The translations under genes and the position numbers were made by a program. This document shows, piece after piece, positions 24,837-37,144 of a stretch of DNA of 64,000 nucleotides. Origin of the DNA: Tubiluchus corallicola (lineage: Eukaryota; Animalia; Priapulida). Position 1 is the stretch's first letter, and each line of letters starts with the position of its first letter. A model generated the notes under the pieces. The model did no database searches, was not told the DNA's origin, and saw only the letters and a program-made list of their open reading frames with translations. The DNA is taken from positions 215,272 through 279,271 of the forward strand of contig JAQGDQ010000312.1 of the NCBI GenBank assembly GCA_030141605.1. The letters run 5' to 3'.

Positions 24837-26088
24837 TCGTGCTAACATACAAAGCGGCAATGTATCACTATCCCAGTGTGCATCACTGGTTCGCATAAAA
24901 ACGCATTATTGATCTTAGTGACAATAAAAGTAATATGAAGTTTTGCTTAGTGAATGAAATGTGTGTTACGAATGCTCTGATTTTTTTTAACTTCACGCAA
25001 TGTTGTTTCAAAGACCCGCCATTAAAATGGCTGCCCCTAACGGTTATCATGGAAGTTTAAATTTACAACTTTTATACAGTATTACTGCTAACGCAAGCTC
25101 TGCATGCAATAACACAGTACGTAAGTGATACAAAATTCCAAAACAAATGTGTAAACTTATGAAAAGTGTTATCTTGTGCTTTAAACTTAAACAATGTTGT
25201 TTATGCCACTCACAACACACAGTAAAATTGCTCTGAAACAAAAATTTAGTCAGAATGTCAGTAGGTACTCTTTGCCTAACCTTAGGGCAGTCCTTAAAAA
25301 GCTAACATACTCACCAACTCTAAAAGAAGATCCTGACAAACAAACAGCAGCGAGAGGGAGGACAGATAAGACGGAAAATAAAACCCATCTTGTCCTTGGT
25401 AACGTGACGTAATCTGAACGCATTTCTACGCGCGTAGTTTAGACCTCCAAAATAAGCGGCGTGTCATTTTCCTGACTCCAAAACAAAACCTCTAAACGAC
25501 AGCATCGTGCTCTGGACGTTTTCCACGAATCACCAACTCACACTTTACTCTCATCATCACGAGTACCACTGATGCTGTTTTTGATCATTAAAAACATCAA
25601 AAACAATTGGAGACAGCGGAAGCATTTTATTCTTCCCACGTGGTTGCTTTTCCACGGCAATTATTTCGCAGAATTGCACATTTTCATTTTCTCTGCACAG
25701 GTATCACGCTCCCGTATTGATTTCTACTCTCTCAGAAGACATAATTACACTCCTGGCAAAGATTCTGTAATGAAAACGCTGCGGCGCATGCGCACAGGTA
25801 AACGGGGCCCGAGCATAGATTGTTTTCCGTTGGCGGAATTAATAATTGCTATGCTTATATTGCAATTTTCGCACCTTGTTGTTTACATTGTTTATTATCA
25901 CGCGTTTGCGTTGTTTATTGTCAGTTGAATGGCACGGTTCTTGTGTTTCGCAATCTCGTGTACAGTGTAATTTATTATTGTTTATTTTAGGTAATATGAT
26001 TTATTTATTAGACCTCTTCCTCATACTAGTTCAGCTGTAATCAATGTATTATTGCAGTCGTAAATGTTGCTGTATTGCAGGTGTAATA

Positions 26089-27516
26089 GATTGTCAATAG
26101 CACCACTTGTTTCACTGATTGTCAATAGCACCACTTGTTTAACAGATTGTCAATAGCACCACTTGTTTAACTGATTGTCAATAGCACCACTTGTTTAACA
26201 GATTGTCAATAGCACCACTTGTTTAACTGATTGTCAATAGCACCACTTGTTTAACAGATTGTCAATAGCACCACTTGTTTAACTGATTCTCAGTAGCACC
26301 ACTTGTTTAACAGATTGTCAATAGCACAACTTGTTTAACTGATTGTCAATAGCACCACTTGTTTAACTGATTGTCAATAGCACCACTTGTTTAACTGATT
26401 GTCAATAGCACCACTTGTTTGACTGATTGTCAATAGCACCACTTGTTTGACTGATTGTCAATAGCACCACTTGTTTAACTGATTGTCAATAGCACCACTT
26501 GTTTAACAGATTGTCAATAGCACCACTTGTTTAACTGATTGTCAATAGCACCACTTGTTTAACTGATTGTCAATAGCACCACTTGTTTAACTGATTGTCA
26601 ATAGCACCACTTGTTTAACAGATTGTCAATAGCACCACTTGTTTAACTGATTGTCAATAGCACCACTTGTTTAACTGATTGTCAATAGCACCACTTGTTT
26701 AACTTATTGTCAATAGCACCACTTGTTTAACTGATTGTCAATAGCACCACTTGTTTAACTGATTGTCTGTAGCACCACTTGTTTAACTGATTGTCAATAG
26801 CACCACTTGTTTAACAGATTGTCAATAGCACCACTTGTTTAACTGATTGTCAATAGCACCACTTGTTTAACAGATTGTCAATAGCACCACTTGTTTAACT
26901 GATTGTCAATAGCACCACTTGTTCAACTGATTCTCAGTAGCACCACTTGTTTAACAGATTGTCAATAGCACAACTTGTTTAACTGATTGTCAATAGCACC
27001 ACTTGTTTAACTGATTGTCAATAGCACCACTTGTTTAACTGATTCTCAGTAGCACCACTTGTTTAACAGATTGTCAATAGCACAACTTGTTTAACTGATT
27101 GTCAATAGCACCACTTGTTTAACTGATTGTCAATAGCACCACTTGTTTAACTGATTGTCAATAGCACCACTTGTTTAACTGATTGTCAATAGCACCACTT
27201 GTTTAACTGATTCTCAATAGCACCACTTGTTTAACTGATTCTCAATAGCACCACTTGTTTAACTGATTGTCAATAGCACCACTTGTTTAACAGATTGTCA
27301 ATAGCACCACTTGTTTAACAGATTGTCAATAGCACAACTTGTTTAACTGATTGTCAATAGCACCACTTGTTTAACTGATTCTCAATAGCACCACTTGTTT
27401 AACAGATTGTCAATAGCATCACTTGTTTAACTGATTGTCAATAGCACCACTTGTTTAACTGATTGTCAGTAGCACCACTTGTTTAACTGATTGTCAATAG
27501 CACCACTTGTTTAACT
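26089..27516. repeat. 28-bp minisatellite, ~51 copies
   Basis: Unit GATTGTCAATAGCACCACTTGTTTAACW, contiguous with no spacers. Confidence 0.98.
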
Positions 27517-27534
27517 CGCGATTCCTGCAAGCAA

Positions 27535-28265
27535 AAAGCAACAACAGCAATGGCATAGAAACAACAACTTTAACAACAGCAACAGCAACAGCAACAGCAA
27601 CAGTGACAGCAGTATTAATAGCAGCAGCAGATGCAGCAGCAATAGGACAGCAGCAGCGATAACAACAACAACAACAACAACAACAACCAACAACAACAAC
27701 GAAGACGAAAGTGCAAAAAACAACAACTTTAACGACAGCAACAGTGACAGCAGTATTAATAGCAGCAGCAGCAGTGATAACAACAATAACAACGAAAACA
27801 ACAACGACAGCAACATTAATAGTAGCAACAGTAGCAGTAACAGCGGCATCCAGAGCAGCAACAGCAGCAACAGTAACAACAGCAACAACAACAGCAGCAA
27901 GAACAATCGTGGCAGCGATTGTACCACCACCACCACCAGCAGCAACAGTAACAGTAACAGTAACAGCTGCAGTAACAGCGAAACAACAACAACATCAGCA
28001 ACAACAATGGCAGCAGCGACCGTACCACCACCACCAGCAGCTGCAGCAGTAGTAGCAGCAACAGCAACAGTAGCAGTAGCAGCAGCAGCAACAATGATGG
28101 CGGCAGCGGCCGTACCACCACCACCAGCAGCAGTAGCAGTAGCAGCAACAGCAACAGTAATAGTAGCAGCAGCAACAATTATGGCAGTAACGGTAGTATC
28201 AGTAACAGTAACAGCCCACCATCAGCAACAGCAGCATGCCAGCGACAACAACAACAACAACAATC
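27535..28265. repeat. Degenerate (CAG/CAA/TAG)n trinucleotide low-complexity tract
   Basis: Direct reading; three internal copies of GGCAGCG...GTACCACCACCACCAGCAGC. Confidence 0.9.
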
Positions 28266-28685
28266 CCACCATCAGTAGCGGCTCTCACAGTTTATATCTT
28301 TGTCTATTAACTCTTCTAGACACTAATATTAACACAAGATATTATGTGTAAATAGTACAAATACGTGTAAATATGTTCTATTAATAAATAAATAAATCAT
28401 GTTCTGAATACTAAACAGATATAATTATTGAAATTCTCTATTATTAATAGTGCAATTATACTTAATATTAAGTGATAGAATCAGTACAAAATATGTTAAT
28501 ATATTAATATTGTTAATAAAAGTACACAATATATGATATAATAGTCCTATGTGCTGGACTGTACATGTATGGCTCGTTCATGAGTTTGAGATGCAACCAA
28601 AGCAAGCCCTAGATTACATTCGGCAAAATAAATTTATGTAAATTAGCTCATTAATTATGCAAGAAATTTGACACCGACTCCAACA

Positions 28686-29165
<480 letters not shown>

Positions 29166-30436
29166 CTTATAGATTATTTTCGTTCTATTAAGGCACCTAT
29201 TAAATTTTGTGACAAGTCAACTTGCTTTCATGTTAATTTACAATTTATTGTAATCTGTGCATTTCTTTTCATCTTCTTTGTACGCTATGTATCTATGTAT
29301 GTAGAAACATGAATGATAAATACTTGTAAATAACAAATAAATAAATAATAAATAAGTAATGCATAAATCCGCGAGACAACACTGCCTGTCGACCGAAAGC
29401 CTGCAGAACCTGAAATCGACAAAAGGTGGCAGCACATTCCAATGCAAAGTAGTTTACAAGTTTTGATTGCAAGCAAAAAAAGTTTGTCAATTTCTTAGGG
29501 GAAAGAACAAGTCACTCAGTAAGTTGGGTTTATTTTACTGTTATCGCTTAAACTTGGAAAAATAACAAAGAAATTTGCAAAGAAATGTTCCTTAAAACAT
29601 AAATTTAAAATACACTACCTCTGAATAGAAATTGTCTGGCCGCCATTCACTTGGAAATCATGGCGTCATTGGCAGACTTCGTGAGTTTTCGTAAGCACGT
29701 CAAAAAGTAAGCGTGGCCAGGTCACGTGATTTAGGCGAAAGTGTTAAAATGAGGTTGCAACAAAATGTATTTTCTAGGTAATCAAACAGAATTCGGCAAT
29801 AACAAAATTATGATTTTGAGACAAAGACAAGTCAGAAAAGATTTGTCACAGTCGACACTTGCAGTTTTGGTTATAATGCAGAATCTTAAATTTAATCTTA
29901 GTTGATCTTAATCTTAATCACGTGACATGTGAGTAAAGCAAAGCCGTCTGTGGCGTCAGTTCAGTAACTTTAGTTGTTTTACGTGGACTTTACTTAATTA
30001 TGCATTATTCTGTGCGTACAGTGATTTACTAGCAGCATCTTGCTTGGGAACAAGAAAAAATGAACTAGGTTAGGTTCTAGCTAGCTGTTAAAACTGTTAC
30101 TGTTACAATAGCATGGACTGTGACGCATTGTCAAGCGTACACAAATGCGTTGTCTGGTACACTTAACCTTTGACCTTTTTACGATCATCATCAATCGCTG
30201 GAACTGTGAGAAGGCTGATTAAGCTGAAACCTATGTTTTCTTACTGTCATTGAAGAGTGTGTTAGAGCTCTCATTCCTTGCTGGTCTCGGACTCCCTATT
30301 GTGGTATTTTACAAAAGTTTATCCAAATGTTTCTCCATCACTGAACACACGTGAACGTTGCCATTGGATGGGGATACTTCAGTTTTCATTCTGCTAAATC
30401 ATGGCTCTAGTTCACATCTCATTGTTAATAGCTCAT

Positions 30437-30778
30437 TAGGGGTGAGCATTCTCTATCAGAAACCGAATTCCAGTCGAATCGAATTTCAGTATTTCGAATC
30501 CGAGTTGAATTCGAATTGAGTTTCGAAGTTTTCGAACCACTAGTAAAAAGTGGTCTTACATAGATCATGCATGTTACTTGATTTTGTACTGCAACAAAAC
30601 TACTATTAGTTTGTCGAAAATTTTGCACAGAAACTGCAGCTAAATTATGCTAATTGCAAACTGTTTCAAACGTTTTAATAAAAAAAGAACGTATGTGACC
30701 GAAGTGCCGAATTATTCGAATCTATAATTTTAGGCTCGAATCGAACGTTCGAACTCGAATATTCAATGCCCACTTCTA
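30437..30778. mobile_element. hAT-like MITE with TCGAA-rich subtermini
   Basis: Imperfect TIRs TAGGGGTGAGCATT / AATGCCCACTTCTA; many TTCGAA motifs near both ends; TSD not evident. Confidence 0.65.
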
Positions 30779-31496
30779 TCTTGTCTCATGTTTGACCTCC
30801 TGCCATTAGTTGCTTCCACTTTTCAAGGCTTGTGATCTAACTCCTTAGGGAGCAGAATGACTCCTCTTGACGGGCTTCATGTTATTTGTTTGTCTCAACC
30901 TGTAAAATGAAGCCCGTGAAGAAAGCTTAACCTTGATTATTCATCTCCCAGTTGAGGGGTCATCCTGTTGTAACTATACCACACCCATCTTATTGCATTC
31001 CCATCGTGCTTTCGGGTTTTTATTTAAAAAAACTGTTTTACTAAAAGTGGAAACAAAATTGATTATCACAATGCTACGAATTACTCAGTGCTTGCATATT
31101 GCTACTTGAGAAAAGGGGTATTAGTGTCTCTTGTGGCAACAGGACCACTTGAAAGAGAAGATATATTTAGATGAGTGGTTTAGGGAATGGCTGCTAGCTG
31201 TAGCTAGTATACATCATAAAATAGGGGCTACGGCACAGGTTTGATTTGAAAAAACTAAAATTAGCTATTTAGGTTAAGCAATTTTATGCAAATAAGAAAA
31301 GAAATTTATACTGCACGATAGTTATACCGTAAAATGTGCGTTTAAAATTTGTTAGAAAAAGGTGTGCTGGTTTCACCACGAAATGGTTTGTAAAATTGAC
31401 TCGTAATCCTTTGCCAATAATCCTCTCAAAGTTTGTGATCATTGATGGAAACAAGCCTATAGCTAATTTGTATCTGTGATTTTTTACAACAAGCTT

Positions 31497-31611
<115 letters not shown>

Positions 31612-31844
31612 AGGGATGCTGAGAGAGAGGGGGAAGGGGAGAAGAGAGAAGAGCGAATGAACTGCAGGAGACAGTTTGAAAGAGGAAAAGAGAGAAACAG
31701 ATCGAGAAGGGGAAATAGAAAGGAACAGACAAACAAGAGGGTGAGGATGAGGAAGAACATTTTGTAATAATTGATTTCTTGTAGTCTAGATGGAGCCACG
31801 TGCATAGTTGGTTTCTACTCTGAGTATATATATATGTATATATA

Positions 31845-31848
31845 CATG

Positions 31849-31882
<34 letters not shown>

Positions 31883-31936
31883 TGTATGTATGTATGTATG
31901 TATGTATGTATGTATGTATGTATGTATGTATGTATG
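31845..31936. repeat. (TATG)n microsatellite
   Basis: Direct reading. Confidence 0.97.
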
Positions 31937-33224
31937 TTTCTACGTAACGTAACGTAACGTCTGTCTGTATAATGTGATTTTAGATTCTTTTTCCTGATTT
32001 CGTACTTGTTACGTTGTAGTATTTCATACATATTAGCTTCTGATTGGACAGCTGCAGTTTTAATGTGGAGACACAGCTGAGTGGTCACGGTAGGTAAATA
32101 AATATTTATTTATTGTTGATGATATAAACTTGCAAATCTGTAAACAATAAATTATACATAAACAAGAGCATAGCGTACAGAGAAAAAAGTCCTTGTGCCG
32201 ATTCTCGCTCACATACTCCCAGGTTTAATAAAGAAGTTCAGCACGCCGAATGCTGATCAGTGAATGGATAGTTAATCAGCGTACAGATTCAATACTTGAT
32301 CAGGAAGTTTTGTTCGCCATACCGATTCTGGCTGTTTACTTCGTTCAGTAAGGATGTAATCGCATCTGCACGTCGCTAGACACCGTTGTTGGTTCAGTGG
32401 CTCATCTTAGAACTTTTTCTTGAAACGAACTAGATCCCGGTGCTGCCACTCTCAACAGTACTTAGTGGAGTCTATCAAATTGTAAAAAAATAAACGGGTG
32501 AGCACGTGTGAAGGAGGCGAGTGAGTGGACGAGTGGAGAGAAGGATGGAATAAGTGATTGAGTGAAGGAAAAAAATTAACGGGTGAGCACGTGTGAAGGA
32601 GGTGAGTGAGCGGACGAGTGGAGAGAAGGATAGAATAAGTGATTGAGTGAACGAAGTAAACACGGTTCCAATGAGAAATCCTAATCAGCCCTGCGTTGAA
32701 TTCAAGCACGACGTCTTCGCTCTGCCGATATTAAACATCGGAAAACTTTCATAACTCTTTCGCTAATTTGTTTTTTAACCGTCGCCGCCGCCGCATTTAT
32801 AAAATCCTTCCCTTTTCCGACTGGTTCAAGCAGCATATGATTTCCCTTGCGAATTTGGAAGCGATAAATTCGTTTTATTTATACCGCGTCAGCCGCGTCA
32901 CTGTCAACTTTGTAATATTTCCATTCAATTCATGCAGAACTAGTTTATATTAATTTCTTTTTCTTCATTCTCAATGCAAATAAAACGGTTCAAGACGCTT
33001 TGTCGATTACGTCGGTCAATTTTTCCACACTTGTTACACAGAATTCATTCTAGACGCTGTCATTTAACGCATCGTAACATCGGCCATTAATCATATTTTC
33101 TATTTTTATATCTATGGTTGTAAAGGGATCGGCCATTGACTTGCGGGGACGGCTTTATTGATGCGTTATAAAGTGCGTTTTGTGCGTTTGATGGCGCACA
33201 ATTAAGCGCGCTTACAAGAAACAA

Positions 33225-34555
33225 ACTGTCGAATCATAAAGAGTGGAAAAGAGCCGGACTTTGCTAAATTGTTTTATCATGTAGCGGAATCGAAGCCATT
33301 AATGGCTACCAGAGTTTAATGTGTCGCGGTACTTACAGAGAATGACCGAGAGCTTATATATAATAGCTGTCGAGAAGCTTTATCAAAACAAGACGTCTTC
33401 TACACTTGCTGATGGTTTAGTCATGCTTTGTAAGAACTTTTTATGCGTATTGATTAAAGGAAAGGGTAACACTTCTGGGAAGTTAGGCTTATTTCAACAT
33501 TGGAGGAAAATGTTAGAAAGATTTGGTAATAAAAGTGCGATAAGCGCATCGTGTAATTAGTAAAATCAGTTTAAAGTCGCGATCATTTCCACTTGGGCGC
33601 TCCTATTTTGAACGCACATTCTTCCACCAATGACGTCATTCATCCACTAAAGAAAAGCAGCTTTCTGTCAATTTCAGTTAAAAGTATAAGTTTTACAAAA
33701 GAATAGATAGCTAGTTTTGTGATATTTTTGGATGAACACTAGGTAAGCTGCTGAAATTTGAATGCGGAAAGCAACGATGCGTTAGGAAAAGTCAAGAAGT
33801 CACGAAGTCCACCAGTTACGTCATAATTTTCAAGTGAATGTTTTCCTAGGTTCAAGCGAACATCCAAAATGACTTGTCTTTTCCTTTAAAGAGAATGGCT
33901 GAAAGATTACATATAATAGTTGCAATACAGAAACTTTACAGCAAAACATAACGCAAATTTATAATGTAGGTCAAAACAATCTACTTTTTAAAATATTTGA
34001 CTTGAAGAATAACTTAAAAGAATGAGTTACGTCAATTATTACAACGCAAACGCAATTTCACCTTCACGTCACTAGTTTTTCGCTGTCACATGAATTTCGT
34101 CATGCGCTAGTTACAGATGTACTAGCACCTGCATTTTGGAAACGCATTGCATAAAAAACAGATGCCGTACCTCTCAGTTCAGATGTGTTAGTTTGTGACG
34201 AACTACACGGGTTCGACAGCTCATGCGTGAGCACGACAGCAAATTTTAAATTTGAATTTTTATCTTAAAACTTGCCTAGTTATAGTACAACACACTAAAT
34301 GTCTTACAGTAGCACTGTACTTCAATTTTCTCTTTCCGAAACACGTGCAACACGCTCGTGGAATATTTTTGATGTTGAAAATTATGTTAGTTTGTGGTGT
34401 CATCAATAATTGGGTTCGCCAGCCATTGATTAAGACTTTAATCTATTATTTAATTATCAGAAACGCTTTCGCAGTATTATTGGTGTTAAAATGTATACGT
34501 TTTATTAGAGTTGAAAAAGGGATGGTATGTGAAAAGTCATCCTCTCTTCCTTTAA
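33225..34555. repeat. Composite dispersed repeat (probable non-autonomous DNA transposon family); pieces recur inverted at 15200-15480, 17820-18620, 22300-22570 and 23420-24250
   Basis: Shared blocks such as ACACGTGCAACACGCTC..GTTGAAAATTATGTTAGTTTGTG and TGTAGGTCAAAACAATCTAC; several TTAAAGG/CCTTTAA ends. Confidence 0.75.
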
Positions 34556-34874
34556 ACGATTACATTAATTTTTCGTTTTGATTAATTTGGAGTCAAAAAT
34601 TTCCTTGAATGCTTGAATAGTTATTATAAACTTAATATCAAAATTATTATTAATTATGTTACAAACGCACGATTAGTTGAACTTTGATATAAAACTCGAA
34701 AAACGTGAAAAAATCGGAATGCTCCTCGGATTTGAACTAGTGTACCAGTGGATCCACAAAAAAACATTTCAAAAATCTAATTCATCGAACGACGATTTAA
34801 TCCACGTATTCTGCATAGAAGCTGCACAGTTAATAACTAGTCTTACATACGTAATTGGTCTCTGACTAAACTAA

Positions 34875-35420
34875 GAGCGAGTTCAGACTAACGAGTTTTC
34901 TCGCCAAATAACGCGGCAAGTAGCTCGCAAACGTGTTCAGACTAGAGAGCAGAACTTGCTGCGAGTTACTCTCTGACAGTAAGCATGAGCTGATACTCAT
35001 TTCTCTATTCACTGCAAGAAGTGTCGAGAGTAACTCACCGAGTAACTCGCAAGTATGTTCAGACTAGACCAAAACTTGCTGCGAGTTACTCTCTGACAGT
35101 AAGCACGAGCTGACTCTCACTTCTCTATTAACTGTGAGAAATGTCGAGATTAACTCACCGCGTAACTCGCAAGCGTGTTCAGACTAGAGAGCAGAACTTG
35201 CTGCGAGTTACTTTCTGACAGTAAGCGTAAGCTGATACTCACTTCTCTGTTCACTGTGAGAAGTGTCGAGAGTAACTCACCGAGGCGTTCACACTAGACA
35301 GTAAATCAATTCGCGGCAACTGTCGAAGAATTTACAATTTCTTGCCAGCAGTAACTCGCAAAGTAGTTGACACTTGTGAGTTTGATGTCACAAGGAAAAC
35401 TCGCTAGTCTGAATGTGCCT
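34875..35420. mobile_element. MITE with imperfect TIRs (PIF/Harbinger-like) and ~120-bp internal tandem repeats
   Basis: Left GTTCAGACTAACGAGTTTTC and right GAAAACTCGCTAGTCTGAAT are inverted; three internal units begin GTGTTCAGACTAGA. Confidence 0.7.
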
Positions 35421-36423
35421 TCAGTCTCTGACTAGACTACCTATACTGTGTGAAAGGGGCAACACGCTACAGACCTACAGAACCTGTAACAACAGGACAA
35501 GTCTACGCTGCGGAAATATAAATGAAATTTCAAAATTCAGCAGCCAAGCAATTCAATTCTGATTTTTTTTATATGAAGCATTATCAGTTTAATAATTAAT
35601 GCAATCAGTGTAAAAATTATTGTAATAATTAAGTTTGTGAAATGTTAATATATTTTTGAAGATTATTACAAAATTTTAAATTAAATTAGCCATTTCAAAT
35701 GCATTTCTCTTTTTACTTGTTTCTTTACTATTTTCCTTTCTGTCTTTCCTTTCGGGTACTTGGTGCTCAATGTCGGGTTTATTTTTTTGCACGCAGACAT
35801 ATCTAATTTTGATTTGTGAAAACTGTGTCTTTATTTTGAAGAATAAATACGTTATTACTAAATGTATACAGGGTGCTTGAGAAAAACGTGCCCCCAAACT
35901 AATTGCACGCATTGATAAAACACACCCGCACTACAGTATAGCACGGTCCCTCCTCTTTCCAAAGAGGTCTCCCAGCTAAAATGCTTTTTTACATGGCGGT
36001 CTGGCAGAGAGCAAAAACGAACATTTCTGGAGGTTTTCAACATACTAGCAACATTTTAGAATCAACATCGAGCCTCTTGACCGCTGGACAAAACAGAATC
36101 CATAAGTCTTTTAACTAAACATAGTTTAGGACTAACGGATAATTCACTGAAATTCAAAACACCTGAACATCTAACATACAGATGCAACAAACTAGACGTT
36201 AACCAAAGAAAACACCTGTTATAAACCCTGCAGGTGGAAGGCATAACCAACGTGTTTGTAAAAAAACAAGCATTAAATGAAGTTCTAGTTAATTTTGCGA
36301 GAGACGGTTTTATCTTATTAGTTCGTAAAAGTATGTAAACGGGTTAAATGCATAATACGATAAAAATTTTAGCTCACCCAAACTTATGTATATATATATA
36401 TATTTATACATATATGTATAACC

Positions 36424-36537
36424 GACCATATCACGTTGAAAACACCGGTTCTCGTCTGATCACCGAAGTTAAGCAACGTAGAGTCTCGTTAGTACTTGGA
36501 TGGGTGACCGCCTAGGAATGCCAGGTGCTGTAGGCTT
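36424..36537 (+). rRNA. 5S rRNA-derived sequence (SINE head; not a canonical 5S gene)
   Basis: GACCATATCACGTTGAAAACACCGGTTCTCGTCTGATCACCGAAGTTAAGC..GTTAGTACTTGGATGGGTGACCGCC..GTAGGCTT; lacks the first ~6 nt and the oligo-T terminator; pol III boxes A and C retained. Confidence 0.88.
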
Positions 36538-36968
36538 GCGGGATGCCCACACTGTATCTCGACACTAGGTGGAGGAGCTGTACAAGCAGCCAACGGCTAG
36601 AGGGCGGAGGAGGTCAAGTGACACAATGGCCATGTGTAGAGGAGTAAACCTTCCAAATCAGGAGTGGAGCCCCGAAGGCGGACCAGTGCAGCATGCTCAC
36701 TGACTCCGGCAGCTCCTGCAGCCAACCTGGTGCTAAACGTATCGCTCCGCTTTCCTCTGGACTACACCAGCGAGGAAGAGAGGGGGTTCCTGTTGTCTGG
36801 GCACCTCAGGATCTCCATACACCTTGCCCAGGCGTGCGCCCTGGAGACGTTCAAGGATCGGATTGCTCAGCGACAGTCGACGCTGCAATTCCATCAATGT
36901 GATCAATAACTGACTCTCTTGGCGCACACTCCATTGTCTTCCAAGACAGAAGGATGCCAACAACAACA
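36424..36968 (+). mobile_element. 5S rRNA-headed SINE (SINE3 type), ~545 bp
   Basis: 5S head, GC-rich body, (CAA)n tail; flanking direct repeat ATATGTATAACC (36412-36423) / ATGTGTATAACC (36969-36980). Confidence 0.85.
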
Positions 36969-37144
36969 ATGTGTATAACCAAGGCAAAATTTATTCTGAT
37001 TTAATCATAAATTTGAGCAAAGTCGTAGTTCTTATATATTTGTAAGTAAAGCGAGCGTGTAGAAAAGTTTGTCATTTTTAATACTTTCCTAATAGTGTAA
37101 TCTAAATAATCCCAGTGAATGAATTCTGTTATTATGGACCTTAA

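Noticed and set aside
26089-27516. CRISPR-like array of 28-bp repeats
   Set aside because: Units are contiguous with no unique spacers, there are no cas genes, and the context is eukaryotic.
27535-28351. PolyQ/polyA/polyT coding exon
   Set aside because: Stops interrupt the frames, there are no convincing splice sites or neighbouring exons, and it is flanked by other simple repeats.
36424-36537. Functional 5S rRNA gene
   Set aside because: 5' nucleotides missing, no oligo-T terminator, substitutions in helices, single copy, and embedded in a TSD-flanked tailed element.
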